Shown here: piece by piece, positions 1 through 10,498 of the stretch
Layout of the letters: each line of letters starts with the position of its first letter
Numbering within the stretch: position 1 is the first letter of the stretch
Assembly (NCBI GenBank): GCA_937900045.1
Contig: CALCEB010000207.1
Coordinates: 1,023 to 25,022, forward strand
DNA: 24,000 nucleotides
From: an uncultured Acidobacteriota bacterium
GTDB lineage: Bacteria > Acidobacteriota > Terriglobia > UBA7540
Direction of reading: 5' to 3'
Made by a program: the position numbers and the translations under genes
The notes under the pieces: generated by a model
Told to the model about the DNA's origin: nothing
The model's input: only the letters and a program-made list of their open reading frames with translations
Databases searched by the model: none

Positions 1-43
1 TTTGTGTTTTCTTTTTGCCGCTGAGCCAACCAAAAAGATCCAT
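1..43 (-). CDS. 5' end of an unidentified protein-coding gene that runs off the left edge of the window (visible N-terminus MDLFGWLSGKKKTQ)
   Basis: ATG at 43-41 on the minus strand. An AAGGAG Shine-Dalgarno (complement of 54-59) lies 10 nt upstream, and the frame is open to position 1. Only 14 codons are visible, so the product cannot be named. Confidence 0.3.
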   Translation of the reverse strand, partial: MDLFGWLSGKKKTQ

Positions 44-142
44 CTAGCTGATTCTCCTTCAAGAACTGAATCATCTTAACGCTATTTTCGGCCTGAAGCC
101 AAAGTCCTGAAGCTGGGGCGGTGGCGGTGAGTCAAGGGGTTG

Positions 143-764
143 TCAGGGGTTATAACCCCTGGCCGGGGCCGGGGCTCCCTTGTACCCCGCGTCGGCGCAC
201 AGGCGCTGAGGCCTCTTCAGACTCGTCGCGGGTCGCGCTCTCACCGCCTGGTCGAGTGTGGCCGGCAACAGCTTTACGTCATGCACGTTGGCTCCGCTCA
301 CGGCGAGCGACAGCGGGACGCCACGCCCGCCGACTAACAAACTTCGCTTGCGCCCTTTTTTTTCCCCGATCCGTGGGGTTGGCTCCCACACACTCGATGG
401 CCAGCGGGGCTTTCACCAAGGCCCCATCGATACTTTGCCAGTCCCAGGCGATGCCTTCCATCTCATCATACTCGGCCAATCCCGCCCGCCACAGCGCCAG
501 AAAGAAGCCGGCCCGGTGCCACTGTTGAAAGTGCTTGTGGATCGCGCTCGCACTACCAAATTCCTTCGGCAGAGCCTTCCACTGGCATCCCGTTCGCAAC
601 ACATACACGATGGCGGAAAATACCTTCTGCGGCGGCATCGGCTTTCGACCACCACCGGGTCGGCGTCTATACTTTCGCCCCTTCGCCCGCTGAGCAACGG
701 GAATCAACGGTTCGACCTTCACCCACAATTCATCCGACACTTCCCAAGATTTTATTTGTGGCAT
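143..764 (-). pseudogene. IS5-family DDE transposase, frameshifted and C-terminally truncated
   Basis: Minus-strand ORFs 764->279 and 391->143 read as one transposase. The N-terminal part is VLRTGCQWKALPKEFG...HKHFQQW, followed by NPTDRGKK / GRKRSLLVGGRGVPLSLAVSGANVHD and LCADAGY (first and second acidic regions). The frames are offset at an A8 run (T8 on the + strand, 356-363); seven A would restore one frame. The protein stops before the C-terminal third that would carry the catalytic E. Confidence 0.75.
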
Positions 765-825
765 CTTGGGTCATAATCTTGCCTCAGATCACCTCAGAAT
801 TCAATACTTATTTACGGATAAGCTC
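143..825 (-). mobile_element. IS5-family insertion sequence remnant with one end retained and the other end deleted
   Basis: It contains the degraded transposase described in the next feature. The proposed outer end, GAGCTTATCCGTAAATAAG (complement of about 807-825, followed by TAA), is inference, because no second inverted repeat is present to confirm it. Homology is lost near 145-190, next to a perfect 16-bp palindrome AGGGGTTATAACCCCT (145-160). Confidence 0.6.
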
Positions 826-870
826 TAAATACTCTGGGTTGCCGATGCCTGATGGCTGAGTGCTGACCGC

Positions 871-3800
871 TTATGAAAGCATTTTCTCAATAATGGAGGG
901 AACCGAGTCCAAGGCCTCCTGCAGCTTTTCCGGCATTTTGCCGCCCGCTTCGGCCATGTCTTTGCGGCCGCCGCCACTGCCGCCGACCAGGGCTGCGGCG
1001 GCCTTCACAATCTTGCCAGCGTCCAGGCGATCCGTGAGGTCTTTAGAAACGGCAGCTACCAGCGCCACGTTGCCGTTGGCGGCGCTGCCGAGGACGATGA
1101 CGCCGCTTTGCAGGCGCGCGCGCAGATTGTCGACCATCTGGCGCAGGGCGGCTCTTTCGCTTCCTTCTGGAGTTTCGACGCGCGAAGAAACCACCCGCAC
1201 GCCCTTCACTTCACGGGCGCTTTCCGCCAACCCGCCGGTGCTGGCCGCGGCGCGCTTCATCCCGGACGCTTCAAGCTGCTTGCGCAGTTTCTTTTCGGAT
1301 TCGGCCAGCTTCGCGGCGGCCTGCAATAGCTCGCCGGGTTTGGCGCGGAGGACTTCCGTGAGGTTATTGAGGGTGGATTGCGCCTCGCGCAGGCGCCGAA
1401 GCACGCCTTCGCCCGTCAAAGCCTCAATGCGGCGCGTTCCCGCCGCCACGCTGCTTTCGGAAACCAGTTTGAACAGGCCAATGTCCCCGGTGCGGCGGAC
1501 GTGCGTGCCGCCACAAAGCTCTTTTGAAAACGAACCCTCGTCAATCGAGACCACCCGCACTTTGTCTCCATACTTTTCGCCAAACAGCGCCATCGCGCCG
1601 GAATTGACGGCGGTATCCAGGTCCATCACCTGAGTGCGGACTTCCTCGTTTTTCAGCACGTGCCGGTTCACCAGGTCTTCGATATCGAGCCGGTCCTGTT
1701 CATCGAGTGGCGCGTAATGCGTGAAGTCAAAGCGCAAATGGTCCGGCGCCACCAGCGACCCGGCCTGCTTCACGTGCGTGCCGAGCGTCTGGCGCAGCGC
1801 GGCGTGCAACAGGTGCGTGGCGGTATGGTTGCGGCGAATGGAGTCGCGACGCTCGGAGTCCACAATGGCGGTCACTCCTTGGCCCTTACGCAATTCCTGG
1901 AGCGCCACCGCAGTGTGGACGATTAGACCGCTGATCGGCGAATACGTCTTAGTGATGTGCGCTAGCTCGTGCTGGCTCACCAGATCAATCAATCGCCCGA
2001 CATCCCCAACCTGTCCTCCTGCCGCAGCGTAAAATGGCGTTCGGTCGAGAACGATTTCAACTTCCTTCGCTTTGCTTTGGGGTGTGATTCCATCAACGGG
2101 CTGCCCATTTACCACTAGTTGGACCACCTTACATCCGTGGAGAATGGTGGACTCATAACCGTTGAAGCTAGTTTTTTGCTTATCGGCTAGTTCCAGGTAA
2201 ATCGGAAGCGCGATCTTTTTCGCCGCACCTTTCCACGAAGCCCGCGCGCGCGCGCGCTGCTTCTGCATCTCGGTTTCGTAGCCGGCTCGGTCGATGGTAA
2301 AGCCGTAGACCTTCACAAGGTCCTCGACGATCTCTGGGCGAATACCGAAGGTGTCATGTAGCTTAAACAACTCTCCGCCGGGTATCCAGGCTCGGACACC
2401 CGCAGGGGGAAACCGCCAGTGGATTACTGATTCCAGTGCAACGCGAAGAGGTGAACCATCTGTCAGCCCATTCCCAACCCTGAGTAGCGCTCTGCGAGGC
2501 GTGTCGAACGCCCCTAAGGGACGAAATTCCTGGCCGACACTCATCCTGAAAACCTCGAACCAATCATTCGAGGCAACTCCTGCGGGGAGACGGCTCAACA
2601 CCCAATCGCAAACCCTGTTTGGATACTCCTCCTGGGATTGGCTCCAGGTTTGTACCCACTCCCGAAAGGCCGCTCGTTCCGCCGGGGTAGCATGTGGTTG
2701 GTGCTCCCTGTCAAACGTGTCCGAAAAGCCAGAATCAGAACCGGCGCTTCCGAGCCTGGCGATTGCCCTATGTAAGCGTCTCGCCATGCTGAATGGTAAC
2801 TCTTCCCCGCTGCTCAATACGACAGGTACGTCTTCCAACCGTTGTAGTCCTACCCTTGTGGTGTGCGCATACCGTTCTTCTTCAATCTTGATCGCCTTTG
2901 CTACGTGCGGAGCGGACTCTTCCAACTCAGGATAGGCACCTCGCATCATCTCGACCACTTTACTGGAGAGCTTGAAGAGAAATGGATCATTCAAGCTCAG
3001 CGTCTGACCGTGGTAGAGCGCCCGCCGTATGATAAGGCGGAGCACGTACCCCCGACCTTCGTTCGAGGGCAACACTCCGTCAGAAATGAGGACTGTTGAA
3101 GCGCGGGCGTGATCGGCAATAATGCGCAATGACACATCTGTCTGCGGGTTTGTGCCGTATTCAACGTTGGCCAAGGCCGCTGCTTCCTCAATCAATGGCC
3201 GGAACAGGTCGGTATCAAAGTTTGAGAGTTTACCCTGCAGCACGGTGGCCAGGCGTTCCAACCCCGCGCCGGTATCGATAGAAGGGCGGGGAAGCGGCGT
3301 CATTGCGCCTTGTTCGTCGCGGTTGAACTGCATGAAGACCAGGTTCCATAACTCCACGTAGCGACCGCAGTCGCAAGGGAAGCGGCAATCGGCGTGGCCC
3401 TGTTCACTCGCCGCCGGGCCCATGTCATAGTGAATTTCCGAACAAGGCCCGCAAGGACCGGTGTCGCCCATCGCCCAGAAATTGTCTTTCATGCCGAGCT
3501 CGAAGATGCGGTCAGCGGGAACGCCAAGCGCGCGCCAGCAGTTGAATGCTTCATTGTCGCGCGGAATATCGGCGTGGGGTTCGTTTGCGCCTTCAAAAAT
3601 CGTTACGTAAAGCTTGTCGCGGGGAATCTGGTAGCCCTCTGTGATCAATTCCCACGCCCAGGGAATCGCCTGATCCTTAAAGTAATCGCCAAAGGAGAAA
3701 TTGCCGAGCATCTCAAAGAAAGTGTGATGCCGGGCGGTGCGGCCCACCTGCTCCAGATCATTGTGTTTGCCGCCAGCGCGCACGCACTTCTGCGAGGAGC

Positions 3801-3981
3801 AGGCCCGAGAGTAGTCTCGTTTCTCGCGGCCCAGGAACACATCCTTGAACTGGTTCATTCCGGCGTTTGAAAACAGCAGGGTCAGATCATTGGCCGGGAC
3901 GAGCGAGGACGAGCGCACGACGCGATGGCCGCGGGCCTGAAAGAATTCAAGAAAACGGGATCGAATCTGGTCGGAGGTCAT
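871..3981 (-). CDS. alaS: Alanine--tRNA ligase (AlaRS), 1036 aa, with an atypical internal insertion of about 148 aa
   Basis: Colinear by eye with E. coli AlaRS. Shared motifs include LLFSNAGMNQFKDVFLG, CVRAGGKHNDLEQVGRTARHHTFFEMLGNFSFGDYFK, GPCGPCSEIHYD, WNLVFMQFNR, the editing-domain HTATHLLHAALRQ...GSLV and CGGTH, and the C-terminal GGGRKDMAEAGG (C-Ala domain). Confidence 0.97.
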   Translation of the reverse strand: MTSDQIRSRFLEFFQARGHRVVRSSSLVPANDLTLLFSNAGMNQFKDVFLGREKRDYSRACSSQKCVRAGGKHNDLEQVGRTARHHTFFEMLGNFSFGDYFKDQAIPWAWELITEGYQIPRDKLYVTIFEGANEPHADIPRDNEAFNCWRALGVPADRIFELGMKDNFWAMGDTGPCGPCSEIHYDMGPAASEQGHADCRFPCDCGRYVELWNLVFMQFNRDEQGAMTPLPRPSIDTGAGLERLATVLQGKLSNFDTDLFRPLIEEAAALANVEYGTNPQTDVSLRIIADHARASTVLISDGVLPSNEGRGYVLRLIIRRALYHGQTLSLNDPFLFKLSSKVVEMMRGAYPELEESAPHVAKAIKIEEERYAHTTRVGLQRLEDVPVVLSSGEELPFSMARRLHRAIARLGSAGSDSGFSDTFDREHQPHATPAERAAFREWVQTWSQSQEEYPNRVCDWVLSRLPAGVASNDWFEVFRMSVGQEFRPLGAFDTPRRALLRVGNGLTDGSPLRVALESVIHWRFPPAGVRAWIPGGELFKLHDTFGIRPEIVEDLVKVYGFTIDRAGYETEMQKQRARARASWKGAAKKIALPIYLELADKQKTSFNGYESTILHGCKVVQLVVNGQPVDGITPQSKAKEVEIVLDRTPFYAAAGGQVGDVGRLIDLVSQHELAHITKTYSPISGLIVHTAVALQELRKGQGVTAIVDSERRDSIRRNHTATHLLHAALRQTLGTHVKQAGSLVAPDHLRFDFTHYAPLDEQDRLDIEDLVNRHVLKNEEVRTQVMDLDTAVNSGAMALFGEKYGDKVRVVSIDEGSFSKELCGGTHVRRTGDIGLFKLVSESSVAAGTRRIEALTGEGVLRRLREAQSTLNNLTEVLRAKPGELLQAAAKLAESEKKLRKQLEASGMKRAAASTGGLAESAREVKGVRVVSSRVETPEGSERAALRQMVDNLRARLQSGVIVLGSAANGNVALVAAVSKDLTDRLDAGKIVKAAAALVGGSGGGRKDMAEAGGKMPEKLQEALDSVPSIIEKMLS

Positions 3982-4211
3982 TTGGGTTCCACAAAGAATA
4001 CACGGATATGGCTGTAGGGGCCGCCCTTATGGTCGCCCACGGGCGGGCCCGAGGCCCGCGCCTACTTAAAATCCCCGGCCCGATGCTTCAATTCGGACCG
4101 GGACCAAACCATTTTCATAATAGCATCGAAGGGAAATCCGAGCCGCATCAAGCTGTGACGCAGCGCGGCAAAGCCGCAACCAAAACATGCTAAAGAGACG
4201 CCATTACCGAA

Positions 4212-4231
4212 GCCAACATAGGCCAACATAG
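4212..4231. repeat. Perfect tandem duplication GCCAACATAG x2
   Basis: Read directly from the sequence; it lies in the non-coding gap upstream of alaS. Confidence 0.8.
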
Positions 4232-4372
4232 GCTTGACCGGGGCAAACGGATCGTGTACTATGTGGTACACATTTTTTGCGTTCGAGCCGGAAATCTGGC
4301 CCCGAATGACTCATGCCATGCTCCATATTCTCGCCGAGAATCACGATGTGCAGTCAGTCCAAGAAATCCGAC

Positions 4373-4414
4373 ATTCCCGCGAAACTCGTCCCCGCGAAGG
4401 CGGGGAGCGGGAAT
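4373..4414. repeat. REP-like nested palindromic element
   Basis: ATTCCCGC gaaactcgt CCCCGC gaag GCGGGG a GCGGGAAT. The outer 8-bp arms and inner 6-bp arms are both perfectly complementary. When translated it gives the HSRE..PREGGERES type of peptide that is typical of ORFs miscalled across such palindromic repeats. Confidence 0.6.
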
Positions 4415-5487
4415 CCATCCTGAAAGATCTGGAAGGCAGGGGTGAAGCGGTTCGCAACAAAAAAAGATTGTTTAGGGGGCAAACCCAAACTCCATTGAAA
4501 ACAAAGGACGACTTGAGGACCAACCCCATCCAAAGCCATTAAGCAAATCCATGAAATCCACTAACTACTTTATTATGTGTAAGATAAGGCGATTTCGAAG
4601 GCAAAGCCAAGCGTTTGATTTAGAATCAATAAGTTGGGAGACTCGTGAGACACCGGTTGGCTTTGCGTTGGTGAATTGGAAGAAGTGGCACTAGGCTTCA
4701 GCTCGGCACAGACCTCTCGCGACGGGAGCGAAACCAGTCCACCAAGGAACCTGAGGCGCCATGCTGTTTGGGAAGCTTAAGAGCGGGCTCGGACAGTTCG
4801 AGACAGATTTCCCTGGCCGGGCCGAGGCTAATTGGGAGCTGCACAGGTCTTGGGGATTTGATAGGGATTTGTCGTTCGGGAGTTGCAAATTGGACTTTTT
4901 TGAATATCCGCAACCCTTGTGCCTTGGCAGAAGTCTAAATTAAAGCGATGGGGATTCTGAAGATATTCAAAAATATAAACTTGGAGCATCAAGCCCAGTT
5001 ACGGAGGAGGTTCTTACGCAGTTTCTACCTGACAAATACCGCCGGACCGGGTGTCCGAGCCGTTGCACGGCGGGGAGCGCAGGCGTCCTGGGACGGCAAA
5101 ACTCGTCCAATCCATTGATTATTCAAAGGATGGGGGGCTGCAACTCAAAGTAAGTAATGTGCAGTCCGACCTATTAAATGTGCCATTCGACAAAATTCGA
5201 TTAACCCTTGGGTTATATCTGCTTAACATGTTGTTTGTAAAGGCGGGGCCTTACCCGGCTTTGGGTTACCGGAAGCCGGCTCCTGGGTCGGGCGCAAAGA
5301 GAAATCCTGATAGGACAAGCATCCTTGACGGTGGGCGTGGCGTGAACGTCCAGACAGGCCCCAGGGGAACGAGTAGACAGTTTGCGAAAGAGCAGTTTTA
5401 CAGAGTTGAGATACCTCGCGTTCGGACCGTACCTGCTCCGGGTGAGCAGACGGGCCGAAAACAATCCTAAAATTGAGGTAAAAATTA

Positions 5488-8170
<2,683 letters not shown>

Positions 8171-8209
8171 GTTTCGTTCTGCTGAAGTTGCCCTTTCGAC
8201 AAATTAGCC

Positions 8210-8303
8210 GGAGAGGTACCGAAGTGGTCATAACGGGGGCGCCTCGAAAGCGTCTTGCCTGCCAAAAGCGGGCACGTGGGTTCGAATCCCACCCTCTCCG
8301 CCA
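8210..8303 (+). tRNA. tRNA-Ser (anticodon CGA), class II with a long variable arm, CCA encoded
   Basis: Folded by hand. Acceptor GGAGAGG/CCTCTCC; D stem CCG/CGG; anticodon stem GGCGC/GCGTC with loop CTCGAAA; variable arm GCCTGC-caaaa-GCGGGC; T arm GTGGG-TTCGAAT-CCCAC; discriminator G plus CCA. Confidence 0.95.
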
Positions 8304-8369
8304 GTTTACTTTCTGTAAGATACAGCCAAATTCCAAATCCACCGTGCAATAGCGTGCAAGCCTGCCAAA

Positions 8370-8588
8370 ATGAGCGTGGGGCTTTATGGCGCTCAACTCT
8401 ACCGCCGTCACCGTAAGGAATGCGAGGGTGGCCATCCCGAGGACGTGCGCACGGGACAATTCGAAGAGGGGCGGCGCGGCTGGAAAAAATGCGCCTGCGT
8501 GATCCATGCCTCGGGTACTCTCAGCGGCCGGTTCAACCGCCGGCAGACCGGCAAATCGAATTGGCACGAAGCCAGGGCCGTCGCCGAA
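8370..8588 (+). pseudogene. N-terminal stub (about 73 aa) of a tyrosine recombinase / phage-type integrase next to tRNA-Ser
   Basis: LYRRHRKECEGGHPEDVRTGQFEEGRRGWKKCACVIHASGTLSGRFNRRQTGKSNWHEARAVA resembles the Cys/His-containing N-terminal arm domain of tRNA-associated integrases. The catalytic domain is absent, and the frame runs into the 3' end of the convergent SDR gene. Recognition is from memory. Confidence 0.5.
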
Positions 8589-8664
8589 CCCAACTTGCTT
8601 TTTCTTCGACGGCTTTGGCTTCTGCCTAGACCCATAGCGCTGTGTGATAACGGTGTTTCTCTGC

Positions 8665-9477
8665 TTAATCGACGATTTTTCCGCCGGTCAGGTTAATCAC
8701 CGCCCCGGTCATCCCCTTGCCCAAATCGGAGGCTGCGAAGACCGCTGCATCTGTCAGTTCCTTCAGCGTGGTTGAACGTCGCGTATGGCTCATCCCTTCC
8801 ATCATTCCCCCGAACTGCTTCGGGCTGATGCCCATCGCCTTGGCGTGAATTCCGAAAATGACCTCGATCGTTTTTGTCTCAGGAAGTCCAGTCGAGCGCA
8901 GACAGATAGCGCGTATGCCTAGCGATCCGAACTCTGCCGAAAGACCTCGGGAGAGAGCTTCCATCGCCGCCCACGCCGGAGCCATTCCTCCCAAGAGCGG
9001 CAAGCCCATGCGCGCAGGTTCCGGCGTATGCATCAAAATCACTCCTGACTGCTTCTTTACCATGTGCCGCGCCGCTGCTCTTGCAGTCAAGAAGTGGGAC
9101 CTCGTATAGGTAGCAATCGGCAGAGAAAAACTCTCGACTGGAATCTCGGTAAGAGGCATTCCCTGCATATTTTGCTGACGCACATTGAACGCCGAAATCC
9201 CAATTGCATTGAAAGAGATATCGATTCCTCCTGCCTTCTGGATGGTGTCGCTGATGTGCTTTTCGATCGCATTCTCGTCTAGTGCATCGACTTGCGCCAT
9301 TTCAGCAAGCCCTCCCGCAGTAGCAATATCCTTTACTATTGCATCAATCTTTGTAAGCGTGCGGCCGGTAAGAAAGACTTTCGCACCTTCCTGAGCAAAA
9401 CGCCGGGCAATTACACTTCCGATTGCCCCGCCAGCTCCATAGATCACAGCGTTTTTGTTTTCAAGCAACATGTCCAT
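8665..9477 (-). CDS. SDR-fold (Rossmann) oxidoreductase-like protein with a non-canonical active-site region
   Basis: AVIYGAGGAIGSVIARRFAQEGAKVFLTGR dinucleotide-binding motif, a C-terminal INLTGGKIV, and an AGGAGG RBS 6 nt upstream of the ATG. The position expected for YxxxK reads WAAME. Confidence 0.8.
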   Translation of the reverse strand: MDMLLENKNAVIYGAGGAIGSVIARRFAQEGAKVFLTGRTLTKIDAIVKDIATAGGLAEMAQVDALDENAIEKHISDTIQKAGGIDISFNAIGISAFNVRQQNMQGMPLTEIPVESFSLPIATYTRSHFLTARAAARHMVKKQSGVILMHTPEPARMGLPLLGGMAPAWAAMEALSRGLSAEFGSLGIRAICLRSTGLPETKTIEVIFGIHAKAMGISPKQFGGMMEGMSHTRRSTTLKELTDAAVFAASDLGKGMTGAVINLTGGKIVD

Positions 9478-9679
9478 CCTCCTGTTTTTTGAGTTCTGCG
9501 GCCGATGAAGCCGGTGGCCCCAGTTACCAATGTGTGGCTCATAAAGTCATCCTTTCTGGAACAGATTGCAGCAGGCGGCCCAGCTCGGAGCCGGCACGCC
9601 GGAGGGGTTCGGTTGAGCGATGGGCGCGACACAACGGCAGCGCGCCCTCGACGGTAGCAAGGATGCTCGTCGTCCTCAA

Positions 9680-10498
9680 TCATACGGCGTCCAGTCGGAA
9701 TTGTTTCCGCAAGCCTTTGTCGACGAGCCCGGAAGGAGCAAATTTCCTCATGAGAGTCAAAACCCTGGCCTCACGCCCGGCTGGATACTTAAGTCGCGGA
9801 GAGTCACTCGTAAGCGCGGCCAAGACGCGCGAAGCCACGACTGCCGGGTCATCCCCATTCGCGATGTGTTCTCGAACGGCCCCCGCGGCGCGATCGCGCT
9901 CAATGGCGTAAGGCTCCAGGTGCTGGTTGGTCACTTGGCCGTTCCGGCCGAGGCTGGTTCTCGTAAACCCAGGCTCAATCACCGACACTCGAATCCCAAA
10001 CTGCCTAAGCTCATGGTCCAGCGATTCTGAGTAGCCTTCGATTGCGTGTTTGCTCGCGGCGTAGATTCCCATGTACGGCGCGGGCAGAAATCCGAGGACT
10101 GAACTTACGTTCACGATGCGCCCGGCCCCTTGCTGCCGCATGACCGGAAGAACCGCCCGGCACATGCTGAGGACGCCAAAGAAGTTGGTTTCGAATAATC
10201 CTCGAGCCTCCTCGATGCTGGTCTCTTCCAAGGAGCCCAGGAGAACGTAACCGGCGCTGTTGACAAGGGCGTCTAATCTCCCCGCCTGATCGAGCACAGC
10301 TCGAACGCACGTGTGCACGGATTCGTCGTCGCGAACGTCGAGACGGACCAATGTCACGCTGCCCAACGCTGCTCCGGCATCAACGGATTGCCGTGTCGTC
10401 CCAAAAACTCTAAAGCCTTGATCCGCCAGTGTTGCTGCCGTTGCGTGCCCAATGCCACACGAAACTCCTGTCACCAGCGCCACTTTGCCCTGTGTCAT
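9680..10498 (-). CDS. Classical short-chain dehydrogenase/reductase (SDR)
   Basis: ALVTGVSCGIGHA (TGxxxGIG), NSAG, VSS...YAASKHA (Ser-Tyr-Lys triad) and IEPGFTRT. An AGGAG RBS lies 5 nt upstream of the ATG. Confidence 0.9.
   Translation of the reverse strand: MTQGKVALVTGVSCGIGHATAATLADQGFRVFGTTRQSVDAGAALGSVTLVRLDVRDDESVHTCVRAVLDQAGRLDALVNSAGYVLLGSLEETSIEEARGLFETNFFGVLSMCRAVLPVMRQQGAGRIVNVSSVLGFLPAPYMGIYAASKHAIEGYSESLDHELRQFGIRVSVIEPGFTRTSLGRNGQVTNQHLEPYAIERDRAAGAVREHIANGDDPAVVASRVLAALTSDSPRLKYPAGREARVLTLMRKFAPSGLVDKGLRKQFRLDAV

Noticed and set aside
356-363. Programmed -1 ribosomal frameshift at the A8 tract of the IS transposase
   Set aside because: Related IS5-family transposases of this type are, as far as I recall, single-ORF proteins, and the gene is also truncated. 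A homopolymer indel mutation is more parsimonious.
2386-2829. Intein, or a group I/II intron, as the explanation for the AlaRS insertion
   Set aside because: There is no N-terminal Cys/Ser splice residue context, no C-terminal His-Asn followed by Cys/Ser/Thr, and no intein blocks. The segment is stop-free and in frame, and I saw no intron-like RNA motifs. An extra protein domain is the simpler reading.
4062-4271. 69-aa minus-strand ORF upstream of alaS (…ACFGCGFAALRHSLMRLGFPFDAIMKMVW…)
   Set aside because: It has a GTG start with no Shine-Dalgarno, it spans the tandem 10-mer repeat, and I recognise no family. It could be a gene fragment, but the evidence is too weak to call a CDS.
4601-4666. 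Perfect 10-bp inverted repeat GCAAAGCCAA ... TTGGCTTTGC with a 46-nt loop
   Set aside because: One such match is roughly what chance predicts for a 24-kb window when spacers up to about 60 nt are allowed. It has no flanking extension or T-tract.
5051-5470. 139-aa ORF directly upstream of the radical-SAM gene
   Set aside because: It has a GTG start without an RBS and an Arg/Gly/Pro-rich, low-complexity translation. It overlaps an equally implausible minus-strand ORF (5213-5494). It is likely non-coding leader sequence.
4550-5487. Known riboswitch (cobalamin, SAM, c-di-GMP, TPP), RNase P RNA, tmRNA or group II intron domain V in the long gap
   Set aside because: I looked for the B12 box, the SAM-I core, GEMM ACGCAAAGCC, TPP CTGAGA, the RNase P GGAAAGTCCGGGC/ACAGAACCCGGCTTA pair, tmRNA ends and a D5 hairpin on both strands. 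I found only weak partial matches (for example GCGCAAAGAG, TAAGAGCGGGC). This cannot be excluded without a covariance-model scan.
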